From the NCBI GenBank assembly GCA_965248265.1, contig CBDFJF010000002.1:2176001-2240000 (forward strand): a stretch of 64,000 bases of DNA, written 5' to 3'. A program made the translations under genes and the position numbers. This DNA comes from Candidatus Latescibacterota bacterium. GTDB lineage: Bacteria > Latescibacterota > UBA2968 > UBA8231. Positions 1 through 9,085 of this stretch are shown piece by piece; the stretch's first letter is position 1; each line of letters begins with the position of its first letter. The notes under the pieces are model-generated. The model did not search any database and was not told the DNA's origin. It saw only the letters and a program-made list of their open reading frames with translations.

Positions 1-1
1 C

Positions 2-2101
2 AACTCCTACACCTCCCTCGATCTGTTCAGCGGCAATTTTCTGGCCGGCAACCTGACGGCTGGCCAGAGCAGCGCCCCGGTGACGGCCATCGCCGTCATT
101 CTCAGCGACGACTCGCCGCATGACGGAGTCGGTGGCGCCGCCCTGTTCAGCCACGACGTCCGTATCACGACCAGGAACTTCGAGACGGACACCGAGCAGC
201 TATGGACCTTGGAAGAGGTGGTGCGCCCCGGCACCGAGTGGCCGGCCGTGTTCGGCGGGTTCGTGCGTCCCGGGTTCATCGCCGCAGATGGCGACGAGCG
301 CATCGTCCTCAACTACGACTTCACCGATCCCGCCTTCCAGCTCGTGCGCGAAGACGGTTCCGAGCTCGATGCCACCAACATCATCGAGGTCGAGTTCGAC
401 TATGTCCTGGCCAACGACTTCAAAGTTGAACTGTGGTCGAACCGTCAGACCGGTAAGAACGCGGTTCCGTCGCCACCTCTCACGAGCGACGTCATCGACG
501 TGGAGGCGCCGTCCTTGCTGCTCGTTCGCCGGGCCGAGGACAACGTCACGAATATCTCCAACATCCAGCGGCTCAAGTTCGAGTACGGTCTGCCCACGGC
601 CAACATGGTGGCCGGCTTCACGATCGAGGGCACGGATGTCTGGGGAATCGATTTCTACGGGGAATGGGACCGCAACTTCCGCTACTTCCAGTATCCCAAC
701 GCCGCCCTCTTCAACGCCAACGAAGCCCACGAGATCTCTCGTCGGGAGGCGGATGCGCGCTACTTCACGGTCTCCAAGCAGCAGTTTCCATTCTTCGCTT
801 ACGGCGAGGCCTACGGCATCGACGAAGACTACGGCACCAGCGCCTTCATCGTCGATGGAGACGGCAACACGCAGTACGACCGGCCCACCCTTTGGAGCTA
901 CGAGTTCGTGGACGACAACGATGATCAGGACGGCACTGCGGACTGGGTGCGCCGTGGTTCGGGCGGCGTAGATCGAAACGTATTCCCCGGTTGGGATGAA
1001 AACAACGACGCCATCTCCGATTTCAACCAGAACGACAACAGGTTTGTGCCCAACGAACTGCCAGACTACGAAGAGCCGTTTCTCCGCTACGACGTAGACC
1101 GGCCCGAGTTTCTGTTTGGAATCGACCTGAATAACAACGGCTGGATCGACCGCTTCGAAGACGACGAGCTGCCGGACTATCCCTACAAGGCGGACCGCGA
1201 GGGGTACAACGCCTTCGTCGGCATGCACCTGTCGCCGGAGACACGGCTGATGGTGGGTCGCACGGACGAACACATGCTGTCCGACGACCGGGAGAACACG
1301 ACCACCTACGCGCTGTTCACCTTCGACAAGAGCTATGCGGGAATCGGTCGGGTGCGCGTCTTCGACATGGTTCGACGGGCCTCTGACACGATCCCTGATG
1401 ATCGCCGGGAGATCTCGCCGTTTCGCAGTGCGCCGGCCCAGCCCATCTTAGAGGACTTTCTGCGGGCGCAGGACACCTGGATCAACACCGCCTGGCTGGG
1501 GCTCGAGTACATGGCGATTCCGAAGCTGAAGGTCGAGGGCGTGCTGAAGCACGAGTATTTCAACCAGACGCAGGATGAGCCGCGGGATCTGACAAGCCGA
1601 CGCATGGCTGGGGCACCGAGCCTGTTCGGCTTGGTGAACAAACTCGAATACAACATCAGCCTGGGGTCCCTGATGCTGCGGCCGCGGCTGAAGAGCGAGT
1701 ACCTGCGGCAGGATGCGTTCGTGCAGGAAGAGGACGACCACAAGCAGTGGACGGGTCTGGCCATGCTCCTGGCCCAATTCCCCGTCCTCACCGAAAGCTC
1801 GCTGACGGCGGGCATCGAGCTGGCCCAGTTCGCCGACAGAATGAAAGACGAAGACGAGCTGGTGGAGACGGGAAAGGTCGGCGCTACGGGGGATGAGCGC
1901 TCCGTCAACGTCGCCGTCCAGGTGGCCAACCGATCGTCCTATCTGGGCTATCGGTTGACGACCCACATCGGCCTGCGGCTGGCGCGGGTGCTTGTGGAGC
2001 AGGTGCAGGAGCGTGAAGCTGCTCCCGGAGAGTTCGAGAAGGTGAGCCAAGGCAGGACCGAAACCACCAGTTTCATCACCGTCTTCGCCGGGTTGGAATA
2101 G
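2..2101 (+). CDS. Large envelope protein, paralog A (5'-partial); putative outer-membrane beta-barrel with Asp-rich Ca-binding-like core
   Basis: Frame is open from position 2 (NSYTSLDLFSGNFLAG... aligns with the NNNGALDTWEGNPLKG of the next ORF). Motifs DDNDDQDG, VFPGWDENNDAISDFNQN, DLNNNGWID; ends TVFAGLE. Confidence 0.85.
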   Translation, partial: NSYTSLDLFSGNFLAGNLTAGQSSAPVTAIAVILSDDSPHDGVGGAALFSHDVRITTRNFETDTEQLWTLEEVVRPGTEWPAVFGGFVRPGFIAADGDERIVLNYDFTDPAFQLVREDGSELDATNIIEVEFDYVLANDFKVELWSNRQTGKNAVPSPPLTSDVIDVEAPSLLLVRRAEDNVTNISNIQRLKFEYGLPTANMVAGFTIEGTDVWGIDFYGEWDRNFRYFQYPNAALFNANEAHEISRREADARYFTVSKQQFPFFAYGEAYGIDEDYGTSAFIVDGDGNTQYDRPTLWSYEFVDDNDDQDGTADWVRRGSGGVDRNVFPGWDENNDAISDFNQNDNRFVPNELPDYEEPFLRYDVDRPEFLFGIDLNNNGWIDRFEDDELPDYPYKADREGYNAFVGMHLSPETRLMVGRTDEHMLSDDRENTTTYALFTFDKSYAGIGRVRVFDMVRRASDTIPDDRREISPFRSAPAQPILEDFLRAQDTWINTAWLGLEYMAIPKLKVEGVLKHEYFNQTQDEPRDLTSRRMAGAPSLFGLVNKLEYNISLGSLMLRPRLKSEYLRQDAFVQEEDDHKQWTGLAMLLAQFPVLTESSLTAGIELAQFADRMKDEDELVETGKVGATGDERSVNVAVQVANRSSYLGYRLTTHIGLRLARVLVEQVQEREAAPGEFEKVSQGRTETTSFITVFAGLE

Positions 2102-2102
2102 C

Positions 2103-5090
2103 ATGCCGCGACTCACACCCCCCCGACTCCCCGTTGCTCTGGCCGGCCTCGCCCTCTGGGCGAGCACCTCTGTCATGGCGCAGGACTACGGCAGTCGCCT
2201 CGGAACCCGGCTGGGCGAGGAGGTGTTCTACAGCACCTCCGGCGTCCCCATCTACACCCACGCCCTCGACCCGACCGTACACCGCTGGTACGTGCCTGCG
2301 ACGATGTTCGCCGAACTCGGCCGCAGCCAGTGGGAATACACGAACTTTGCCCGCCCTCGCGACCGCTACCGGCGCTACACCGATCGAGACCTAGCGGGTG
2401 CCTACTTCTACGATGTCTACGGGAATCTCACCACCAGGGGATGGCTCGTCTACGACTGGCGCCAGAGCCAGCCGCAGATCTCGGAAAGCTCGTCGATTAC
2501 CCAGGCGGGCGGCCGCTATGACACATGGTTCAACCGCCTGGTCATCAGCTCTGACCGCAAAGGCGAGTACGCTGTTTCCGTCCTCATCGGCGACGAGGTA
2601 TCGGCCCTGCTCACCCCCATGACCTTCCGCAAGGCCGGCTTCAACGGGGTCGTCACCAGTCTCGAGGCTGGCCCCTACCGGACTACAGGAGTGTTCTCCC
2701 GGATCAGCGATCCCTGGCTTGGGGTCGGGACCTCGACCACCCAGAACATGACCAATCTGATGGGCGGCAGAGTCGAAGTGGATGTCACCGACGCCCTCAC
2801 CTTGGGCTTCAATCTGGTCAACAGCCACAACAACAACGGCGCTCTCGACACATGGGAGGGGAATCCGCTCAAGGGCTACCTCGCGCCCGAGCAGCTCTCG
2901 TCGGCTATCTCCATGCTGGTCGTCAGGCTCTCCGATGACTCCCCCGAAGACGGCGGGGGCGCCGTTCTGGTGAGCGACGATATCGAAATCACTACGACGC
3001 TCATGCGGCGGGTGGCCGTGGGCGACACCTTCACCACCGTGCCCAGAGACACCGTCATCGTCGGCAGCAGCATCGGCTTCGAGCCTATCGCAGGACTGCA
3101 GTTCCTCACCGGGGAGGTGGGAATTGGGGAAGGCAAGCTGGTGGAGGGGTTCCGCACGGCCGATGGCTCTGACACCATCGTGCTGAACTACCTCCTCGAC
3201 GTGCCGCCCGTCGTAACCGGTGATGAGCACCGGGCTCAGCTGGAGCCGTTGACGCTGCGCTCGCTTCTGCAGACGCAGGTCGGGCTGGACAGCGATGAGG
3301 TGCAAGACGCCCTGCTGGCGATCAGGAATCTGCGGATGCGTCTCATCCTGGCCAACGACTACCGGGTGGAGGTCACCTCGGACAGGCAGACGGACAAGTC
3401 GGGCGTACCGCAGTTTCGCCCGGTTACACGGGCCGAGGGGAACATCAAGAATCGCCTCAACCAGCGCGAGATCGTGTTCGATTACGGCCTGCCTACGGCG
3501 AATACCATAATCGGTCTGACCGCCGAAGTTCGGGACTTCCACGGCATCGACCTCTACGGCGAGGTCAACGTCAACACCCAGTACCGGAAATACCCGGGAC
3601 TCGGCCGCGAGCGACACCGCGCTATCTCGGGGATTCGCGGCGACCGGAACGCCCTCGGCTGGATGGTCAACATGTCCTGGAGGGGTGATGGCCCGTTTTC
3701 GCTCTTCGCCGAGGGCTTCGGCATGGACGACGAATACACCACGAGCGTATTGCCTCAGGACAGGTCCGGGTTGCCCGACTACTCTCCGGACGCCACCAGC
3801 CTGCGCTACGAATGGGTCGATGACAACGACGACAACGACCGTCAGCCGGATTGGCACCGCGTTCGCGAGGGATCCTTCGTGCCCCGACGCGGATTCGCCG
3901 AGAGTTCGATCGATGGCCGGGGAGTCCCGGATCCGGATGTGTTTCCCGGCTACGACGAGAACCTCGATTTCATCTCCGACTTCAACCAGAACAGCACGCC
4001 GGAGCGCCCCAACTTCTTCCCCGATTACGACGAGCCGTTCCTGCGCTACAGCTCCGACCGGCCGGAATTCCTGTTCGGCATCGATCTGAACAACAACGGC
4101 TGGATCGAGCGTTTCGAAAATGATGACGAGCCGGACTACCCCTACAGGAGGGACCATTTCGGCTACAACCTCTACGGCAGAGCCGAGCTCGCCCGCAGCA
4201 AGCTCACCCTGGGGCAACTGCAACAGGATGAGGGGAAATCCCGGCGCCGGAATCACACGAGATATGGCATGTTCACCTACGAGGGCGACTGGCCGGCGCT
4301 GGGACGGCTGCGCGTGTTCGACATGCTCAAGAGCGCGAAGGACACGATCGCCGACGATCTGATCCAGTGGGTGATGGAGCCCGTCGAGGAGGGACGGCCC
4401 ACCGGTTCATCGGGCCAGATGGAGCCGATCGCAGACCCCCTGGCGGCGGAGGATACCTGGATCAACACCTTTTACACCGACTGGGAGTACGAGTCCCCGC
4501 TGAACTGGAAGACCTTTCACCGCTTCAAGTGGGAGACCTGGAAGCAGCGGGACGCGGATGTGCGGATTACCCTCGACGACGCCGGCGACACCCTGTCCGT
4601 GTTCGATCCCCTCGGCCCGGAAGGGCGCCTCGGGCGCGAGGATTCCGGCTTTTTCGGCTTCATCAACAAGGTCGAGTACGTCCACCGGTTGGGAAACTTC
4701 ACGCTGTCGCCGAGATTCAAGAGCGAGTTTCTCCGCCGGACCCCGTTCACCGTGACGAGAGAAAAGCAGCGCTCCTGGGATGGCATCGGCTTCTTCCTCG
4801 TCGAGTTCCCCATCCTCAAGAGGACTCGCATCAAAGCGGGTCTCGAGCAACGCTTCTTCTACAACCTGAAAGGGGACGAAGGAGATCTCGCGATGGGTGA
4901 CATATCGGGAGATTTCCGCGGCACGGCAGCGGCTATCCAGCTGACAAACGTGAGCGACTACCTCGGATACGCCCTGACGACCCAGGTCGGCTTCCGTATC
5001 GACCGCCGCTCCCTGGAGGTCATCGACGACGATCCGGAATCGACGACGGCTGGTCTGGGGTACATGACCGTCTTCGCCGGACTGCGCTAG
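2103..5090 (+). CDS. Large envelope protein, paralog B, with signal peptide; putative outer-membrane beta-barrel
   Basis: 995 aa; signal peptide ending ...SVMA|QD; colinear similarity to the upstream ORF; amphipathic strand-like C-terminal segments; ends TVFAGLR. ATG lies 1 nt after the upstream stop. Confidence 0.85.
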   Translation: MPRLTPPRLPVALAGLALWASTSVMAQDYGSRLGTRLGEEVFYSTSGVPIYTHALDPTVHRWYVPATMFAELGRSQWEYTNFARPRDRYRRYTDRDLAGAYFYDVYGNLTTRGWLVYDWRQSQPQISESSSITQAGGRYDTWFNRLVISSDRKGEYAVSVLIGDEVSALLTPMTFRKAGFNGVVTSLEAGPYRTTGVFSRISDPWLGVGTSTTQNMTNLMGGRVEVDVTDALTLGFNLVNSHNNNGALDTWEGNPLKGYLAPEQLSSAISMLVVRLSDDSPEDGGGAVLVSDDIEITTTLMRRVAVGDTFTTVPRDTVIVGSSIGFEPIAGLQFLTGEVGIGEGKLVEGFRTADGSDTIVLNYLLDVPPVVTGDEHRAQLEPLTLRSLLQTQVGLDSDEVQDALLAIRNLRMRLILANDYRVEVTSDRQTDKSGVPQFRPVTRAEGNIKNRLNQREIVFDYGLPTANTIIGLTAEVRDFHGIDLYGEVNVNTQYRKYPGLGRERHRAISGIRGDRNALGWMVNMSWRGDGPFSLFAEGFGMDDEYTTSVLPQDRSGLPDYSPDATSLRYEWVDDNDDNDRQPDWHRVREGSFVPRRGFAESSIDGRGVPDPDVFPGYDENLDFISDFNQNSTPERPNFFPDYDEPFLRYSSDRPEFLFGIDLNNNGWIERFENDDEPDYPYRRDHFGYNLYGRAELARSKLTLGQLQQDEGKSRRRNHTRYGMFTYEGDWPALGRLRVFDMLKSAKDTIADDLIQWVMEPVEEGRPTGSSGQMEPIADPLAAEDTWINTFYTDWEYESPLNWKTFHRFKWETWKQRDADVRITLDDAGDTLSVFDPLGPEGRLGREDSGFFGFINKVEYVHRLGNFTLSPRFKSEFLRRTPFTVTREKQRSWDGIGFFLVEFPILKRTRIKAGLEQRFFYNLKGDEGDLAMGDISGDFRGTAAAIQLTNVSDYLGYALTTQVGFRIDRRSLEVIDDDPESTTAGLGYMTVFAGLR

Positions 5091-5099
5091 CAGAGCGAC

Positions 5100-6989
5100 A
5101 TGCACCCGGCCGCGCTGCGTTGGACAATGATCGGCGCGGTCGTTTTGTCGAGCTGTACGGGCGGTGAGGAGGGACCCGCCGAGGGTCGGGCATTTTTCGT
5201 CGACGTCGCCGCAGAGAGCGGCATCGAGTTCGTCCACACCGCCGGCGGCCAGGGAGACTACTACCTCATCGAGACCATGGGTGCCGGGGGGGCGTTCTTC
5301 GACTACGACAGTGACGGGCTTCTCGACATCTATCTCGTGGAAGGATTCTCCATCGGTATCGGCACCGATTTCAGCCCCCTGAACCTCCTCTCGGAGACCT
5401 CTACCCGCTATCTCATCAGGCATCCCATGGAGTACCGCCGCCCTCCTCGTCTGGACGGGGAAGTCGACAGTCTCGCGTATCGGGTTCGTCAGAGCGCCGA
5501 GCCGTTCGTCAGAAACCGCCTCTATCGCAACAATGGGGAACGGGCAGAGGGAACATTCTCAGACAGGACCTCGGAGGCCAGAGTGGGAGATACGGGGTAC
5601 GGTATGGGGTGTGCAGTGGGAGACTACGATAACGACGGCGATGCGGATCTGTATGTCGTCAACTACGGACCGAACACGCTGTACCGGAATGAAGCAGACG
5701 GCAGTTTTGTCGACGTCACGGAGCACATGGGGGTCGGCGATCCGAGCTGGAGCGCGGGCGCGGCCTTCTTCGATTATGATAGCGACGGTCGGCTCGACCT
5801 CTACGTCGTCAACTACCTCGACTTCCACGTCGGCAATAACCTGATCTGCGGCGGCAACGAGGAGGCGCAGGAATCGCCGGCTGGCACCTTGCTGAGAATG
5901 CGCAAGGACCGCCGCTCGTACTGCAGCCCGAAAGGGTACAACGGCGCTGCTGATGTCCTCTACCACAACACCGGAAGTCGCTTCGAGAGCACGTTCGAGA
6001 ACGTGACGCGAGAAATGGGCATCTTCAGCCCGTACGGAAAGGGTCTCGGCGTCGTGACGTCCGATTTCGACGGGGACGGGGACACGGACGTCTACGTGGC
6101 TAACGACGGCGTGAGAAATTTTCTCTACCGGAACGAGGGCGGCGAGCAGTTCGCGGACATCGCAGTGGCGGCGGGAGCGGCGTACAACCGGGATGGTCGT
6201 GCGGAGGCGGGCATGGGCGTGGACTGGGGCGATTTCGATGGAGATGCCGATTTCGATCTCTTCGTCACCAATTACTCGAGACAGACCAACACACTCTATC
6301 GAAACGATGGTGCAGCCGTGTTCAACGACGTCACGGATGTCGTCCAGCTGTCAGAGAGCAGCCACAACCCCCTCGGCTTTGGGACGTTCTTCTTCGAGGC
6401 CGACAACGACGGCGATGTGGATCTGTTCGTCGCCAACGGCCACGTCCAGGACAAGGTTCATTTTTTCGCCGGAAACGAGGGCATCACGTATCCACAGCCG
6501 AACCAGCTTTTCGCCAACAGCGATGGTCGTGAATATGTGGAAGTGTCCAGTCAGAGCGGTCCCGGGCTGGAGCCTGTCCTCGTCTCCCGCGGGAGCGCCT
6601 TTGGAGATTACGACAACGACGGCGATCTCGACATTCTCGTGACCAACTGCGACGGCCCGGCACAGCTGCTGCGCAACGACTTGTCAGCGAAGAGGAACTG
6701 GCTCTCGGTTCGCCTGATCGGCAGAGACGTGAACCGAGATGCCGTTGGATCCAGAATCGCGGTCACCTGCGATGGCGCTACCCAGGTTCGGGAGGTGAAG
6801 ACGAGTGGCAGCTACGCCTCAGCCAGCGATATTCGGCAGCATTTCGGGCTCGGTGACTGCGGTGCGGTCCAGAGTCTGGAGATCATCTGGCACGACGGTT
6901 CGCTGCAACTGGTGGACGGGAAGGAGGTGTTGGTGAATCAGTTTCTGACGATCGAACAGGAAGATTCTCGCGGGGCCTCCCGTCAATAG
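5100..6989 (+). CDS. CRTAC1-family FG-GAP/VCBS repeat lipoprotein with C-terminal ASPIC/UnbV domain
   Basis: Lipobox LSSC; repeated DYDxDGxxDLYV motifs; C-terminal REVKTSGSYASASDIRQHFGLG...WHDG. Confidence 0.92.
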   Translation: MHPAALRWTMIGAVVLSSCTGGEEGPAEGRAFFVDVAAESGIEFVHTAGGQGDYYLIETMGAGGAFFDYDSDGLLDIYLVEGFSIGIGTDFSPLNLLSETSTRYLIRHPMEYRRPPRLDGEVDSLAYRVRQSAEPFVRNRLYRNNGERAEGTFSDRTSEARVGDTGYGMGCAVGDYDNDGDADLYVVNYGPNTLYRNEADGSFVDVTEHMGVGDPSWSAGAAFFDYDSDGRLDLYVVNYLDFHVGNNLICGGNEEAQESPAGTLLRMRKDRRSYCSPKGYNGAADVLYHNTGSRFESTFENVTREMGIFSPYGKGLGVVTSDFDGDGDTDVYVANDGVRNFLYRNEGGEQFADIAVAAGAAYNRDGRAEAGMGVDWGDFDGDADFDLFVTNYSRQTNTLYRNDGAAVFNDVTDVVQLSESSHNPLGFGTFFFEADNDGDVDLFVANGHVQDKVHFFAGNEGITYPQPNQLFANSDGREYVEVSSQSGPGLEPVLVSRGSAFGDYDNDGDLDILVTNCDGPAQLLRNDLSAKRNWLSVRLIGRDVNRDAVGSRIAVTCDGATQVREVKTSGSYASASDIRQHFGLGDCGAVQSLEIIWHDGSLQLVDGKEVLVNQFLTIEQEDSRGASRQ

Positions 6990-9013
6990 GCCAGTGAGAC
7001 GACCTTGAGAGCGGTGTTCGTCCCCTCGTCGGTAGCGACGTCGAGGCGCAGGATGTATACCCCCGGTACGGCGAGTGTGCCGGCGCCGTCTGTGCCGTCC
7101 CAGGTTGCGCTCTGACGTCCGCTCGTCGAAGGCCCGTCAAAGACGACGGCCACCTTTCTGCCCGCCAGGTCGTACAGACTTAGTGTGACGGGTACGGCAC
7201 CGGACAAGTTGACGAGGTCGAAGGAGATCTCGATGGCGTCGTTGACACGGTCGCCGTTGGGGGTGGCCACCGGAGTCGACAGCTGGAAGGCTTGTATCGA
7301 GCTCTGGCCGAGATCGGCCAGTCCCACTGAGAGGGTGTTGCTGTCCACCAATTCGTCGGCGTCGCCGGCGGCGATGCGCTGACGCGGCTCCCCAAGTCGG
7401 GAGCTGTCGAAGACCCTGCCCCGAAAGACGGTTCCGAACTTGAACACCTCGGTCTGGAACACGATTTCGATCAACTCGTTCGTGCGCTGCAGGTCGATGT
7501 GGGGGAGATTGACGACGAAGCTGGTCGGACCCGGCTCCCAACCCCACTCCGACTCATCCAGGTACACCTCGTTTATCCGCACCGAATCCACGCTGGTGAC
7601 CTCGGTCGCCGTCTCGATCTCGATGCTGTCGAACCCGAGGTCCCTGCGGAGCAGCTGCGGCAGCACCAGGTACCGGAACTGGGTCAGGGTTCGCGCCGCC
7701 ACTACGGGTGGAGCGATCTCCGCCACCACCTGGCTGGCGATCGGCGGGCTCGATACGCGGAACTCGAGATAGTCGAGGCGCCGTCTCGAGCGGGTGTTCG
7801 AGGACGTGAGGTCGACGTCGAACTGCACGTATTGGCGTGGTCCATCCGCCGCCAGCGGCGCTTCGCGGGCATCGAAATCGAGCGGGGTCGTCCAGAACTG
7901 CCAGTTCTTGCTGTCCGGCGCGATGCCTGCCCGTTCACCGGCCTCGAGTCTCGCGTAGCTGGCGCGGGTCAGGGGTTTGCCGTCGGTGTCGAGGCCCGAG
8001 CGCTCCTCTCCTCTGAAGGTGTAGCGCGAGTATTTGTTGGGATCCGGGGTGTTGCCGCTGCGGGTGATGAGGTCCACCGTGGCGTCGGCCTCGCGCACCC
8101 CGCTCCACACGAGATCACCCAGGGTGGAGGGCTGTCCCAGATCGAGGATGTTCGAGCGGTAGCTCGCCCGCGGTACGTACCCATCTCCGTAGATCTCGAA
8201 CTCGGCGATTTCCCAGTCTCCTGTCAGGGCGATCAGGAAGATATTCTGAGTCGGGAAGCTGCTCACTTCCAGATCGAGGGTGGATATCCGGTTCTCGGTC
8301 GAGGAGAACACGATCCCCTCTCTCTCCCAGTCGACGAAGTCGGTCTCGTTCCGCGCGTATTGTAGGCTTCTGCGGGCTGTACCCTCAGGGGGTCCTATCG
8401 GAAGACCCAGACCTCGCAGGCCGTCCTTGCGTTCATCGCCGTCGTTGACCGCAATGGTGATCTCCTGCACGAAGCGCTGGTGCGCGTATCTCGGTGTGGG
8501 ATACATCTTGATGCGGGTAATGGGAAGGGGACCGCCGAGATCGATCGCGAGAATCTTGTACTGGCCATACGAGAACCCCGAAGAGCCGCCGTTGAACGCC
8601 GTCGTCGGGGCCTCGTCGATCATCAAATCGAGACCTGGTTCGTCACTGGAGGAGAAGCCGTCCGTCGACTTGATGGAACCGCCCCTGGCCCTGACGAAGG
8701 GAGTCAGATTGACGTTGGGGTCCAGCCTCTCGGGGGCTATGAAATCCGGGGCGAGTTCGACGAGACGACTGCTGCCGAAGAGCGCGTCGTCCGTCCCCGT
8801 CCACGGCAGCTGGACGAATCTGGAGGCGTCCCCGACCTCCGGTGCCGGCAGCTCGTCCCAGTTCAACCGCATGATCTCCAGCGGTCCGTCGATATCCGGC
8901 GCAGGGAGGCTCTCGCCACCGATTCTGTAGATGGTGACCGCGCCGCTATCCGATATCGACGACATGGCGAGTGCTAAGGCGAGTAGCCTGAACTGCAGTC
9001 GAGGCTTATCCAT
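6983..9013 (-). CDS. Secreted protein with discoidin(F5/8)-like segment and C-terminal FlgD Ig-like domain
   Basis: Signal peptide; IDLGG...ITRIKMYP and WEIAEFEIYG; C-terminal TPNGDRVND...YDLAGRKV...WDGTD...PGVYILRL...SLAY. Confidence 0.88.
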   Translation of the reverse strand: MDKPRLQFRLLALALAMSSISDSGAVTIYRIGGESLPAPDIDGPLEIMRLNWDELPAPEVGDASRFVQLPWTGTDDALFGSSRLVELAPDFIAPERLDPNVNLTPFVRARGGSIKSTDGFSSSDEPGLDLMIDEAPTTAFNGGSSGFSYGQYKILAIDLGGPLPITRIKMYPTPRYAHQRFVQEITIAVNDGDERKDGLRGLGLPIGPPEGTARRSLQYARNETDFVDWEREGIVFSSTENRISTLDLEVSSFPTQNIFLIALTGDWEIAEFEIYGDGYVPRASYRSNILDLGQPSTLGDLVWSGVREADATVDLITRSGNTPDPNKYSRYTFRGEERSGLDTDGKPLTRASYARLEAGERAGIAPDSKNWQFWTTPLDFDAREAPLAADGPRQYVQFDVDLTSSNTRSRRRLDYLEFRVSSPPIASQVVAEIAPPVVAARTLTQFRYLVLPQLLRRDLGFDSIEIETATEVTSVDSVRINEVYLDESEWGWEPGPTSFVVNLPHIDLQRTNELIEIVFQTEVFKFGTVFRGRVFDSSRLGEPRQRIAAGDADELVDSNTLSVGLADLGQSSIQAFQLSTPVATPNGDRVNDAIEISFDLVNLSGAVPVTLSLYDLAGRKVAVVFDGPSTSGRQSATWDGTDGAGTLAVPGVYILRLDVATDEGTNTALKVVSLAY

Positions 9014-9048
9014 GAGAAAAGGGGGAGAATCCAGCCGGATTCTCCCCC
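9014..9048 (-). terminator. Intrinsic terminator-like hairpin downstream of 9086-10000
   Basis: Perfect 12-bp stem GGGGGAGAATCC/GGATTCTCCCCC with a 4-nt loop (9021-9048), followed by TTTTCTC on the minus strand. Confidence 0.75.
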
Positions 9049-9085
9049 TCCCCGTCCTATGTGATGGGTAAAGTAAGGCGACTCG

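Noticed and set aside
2391-4256. Long antisense and alternate-frame ORFs (also 200-1273, 17439-19199, 36096-37757, 38351-39517 and others)
   Set aside because: They are shadows of well-supported genes in high-GC DNA and have no recognisable motifs.
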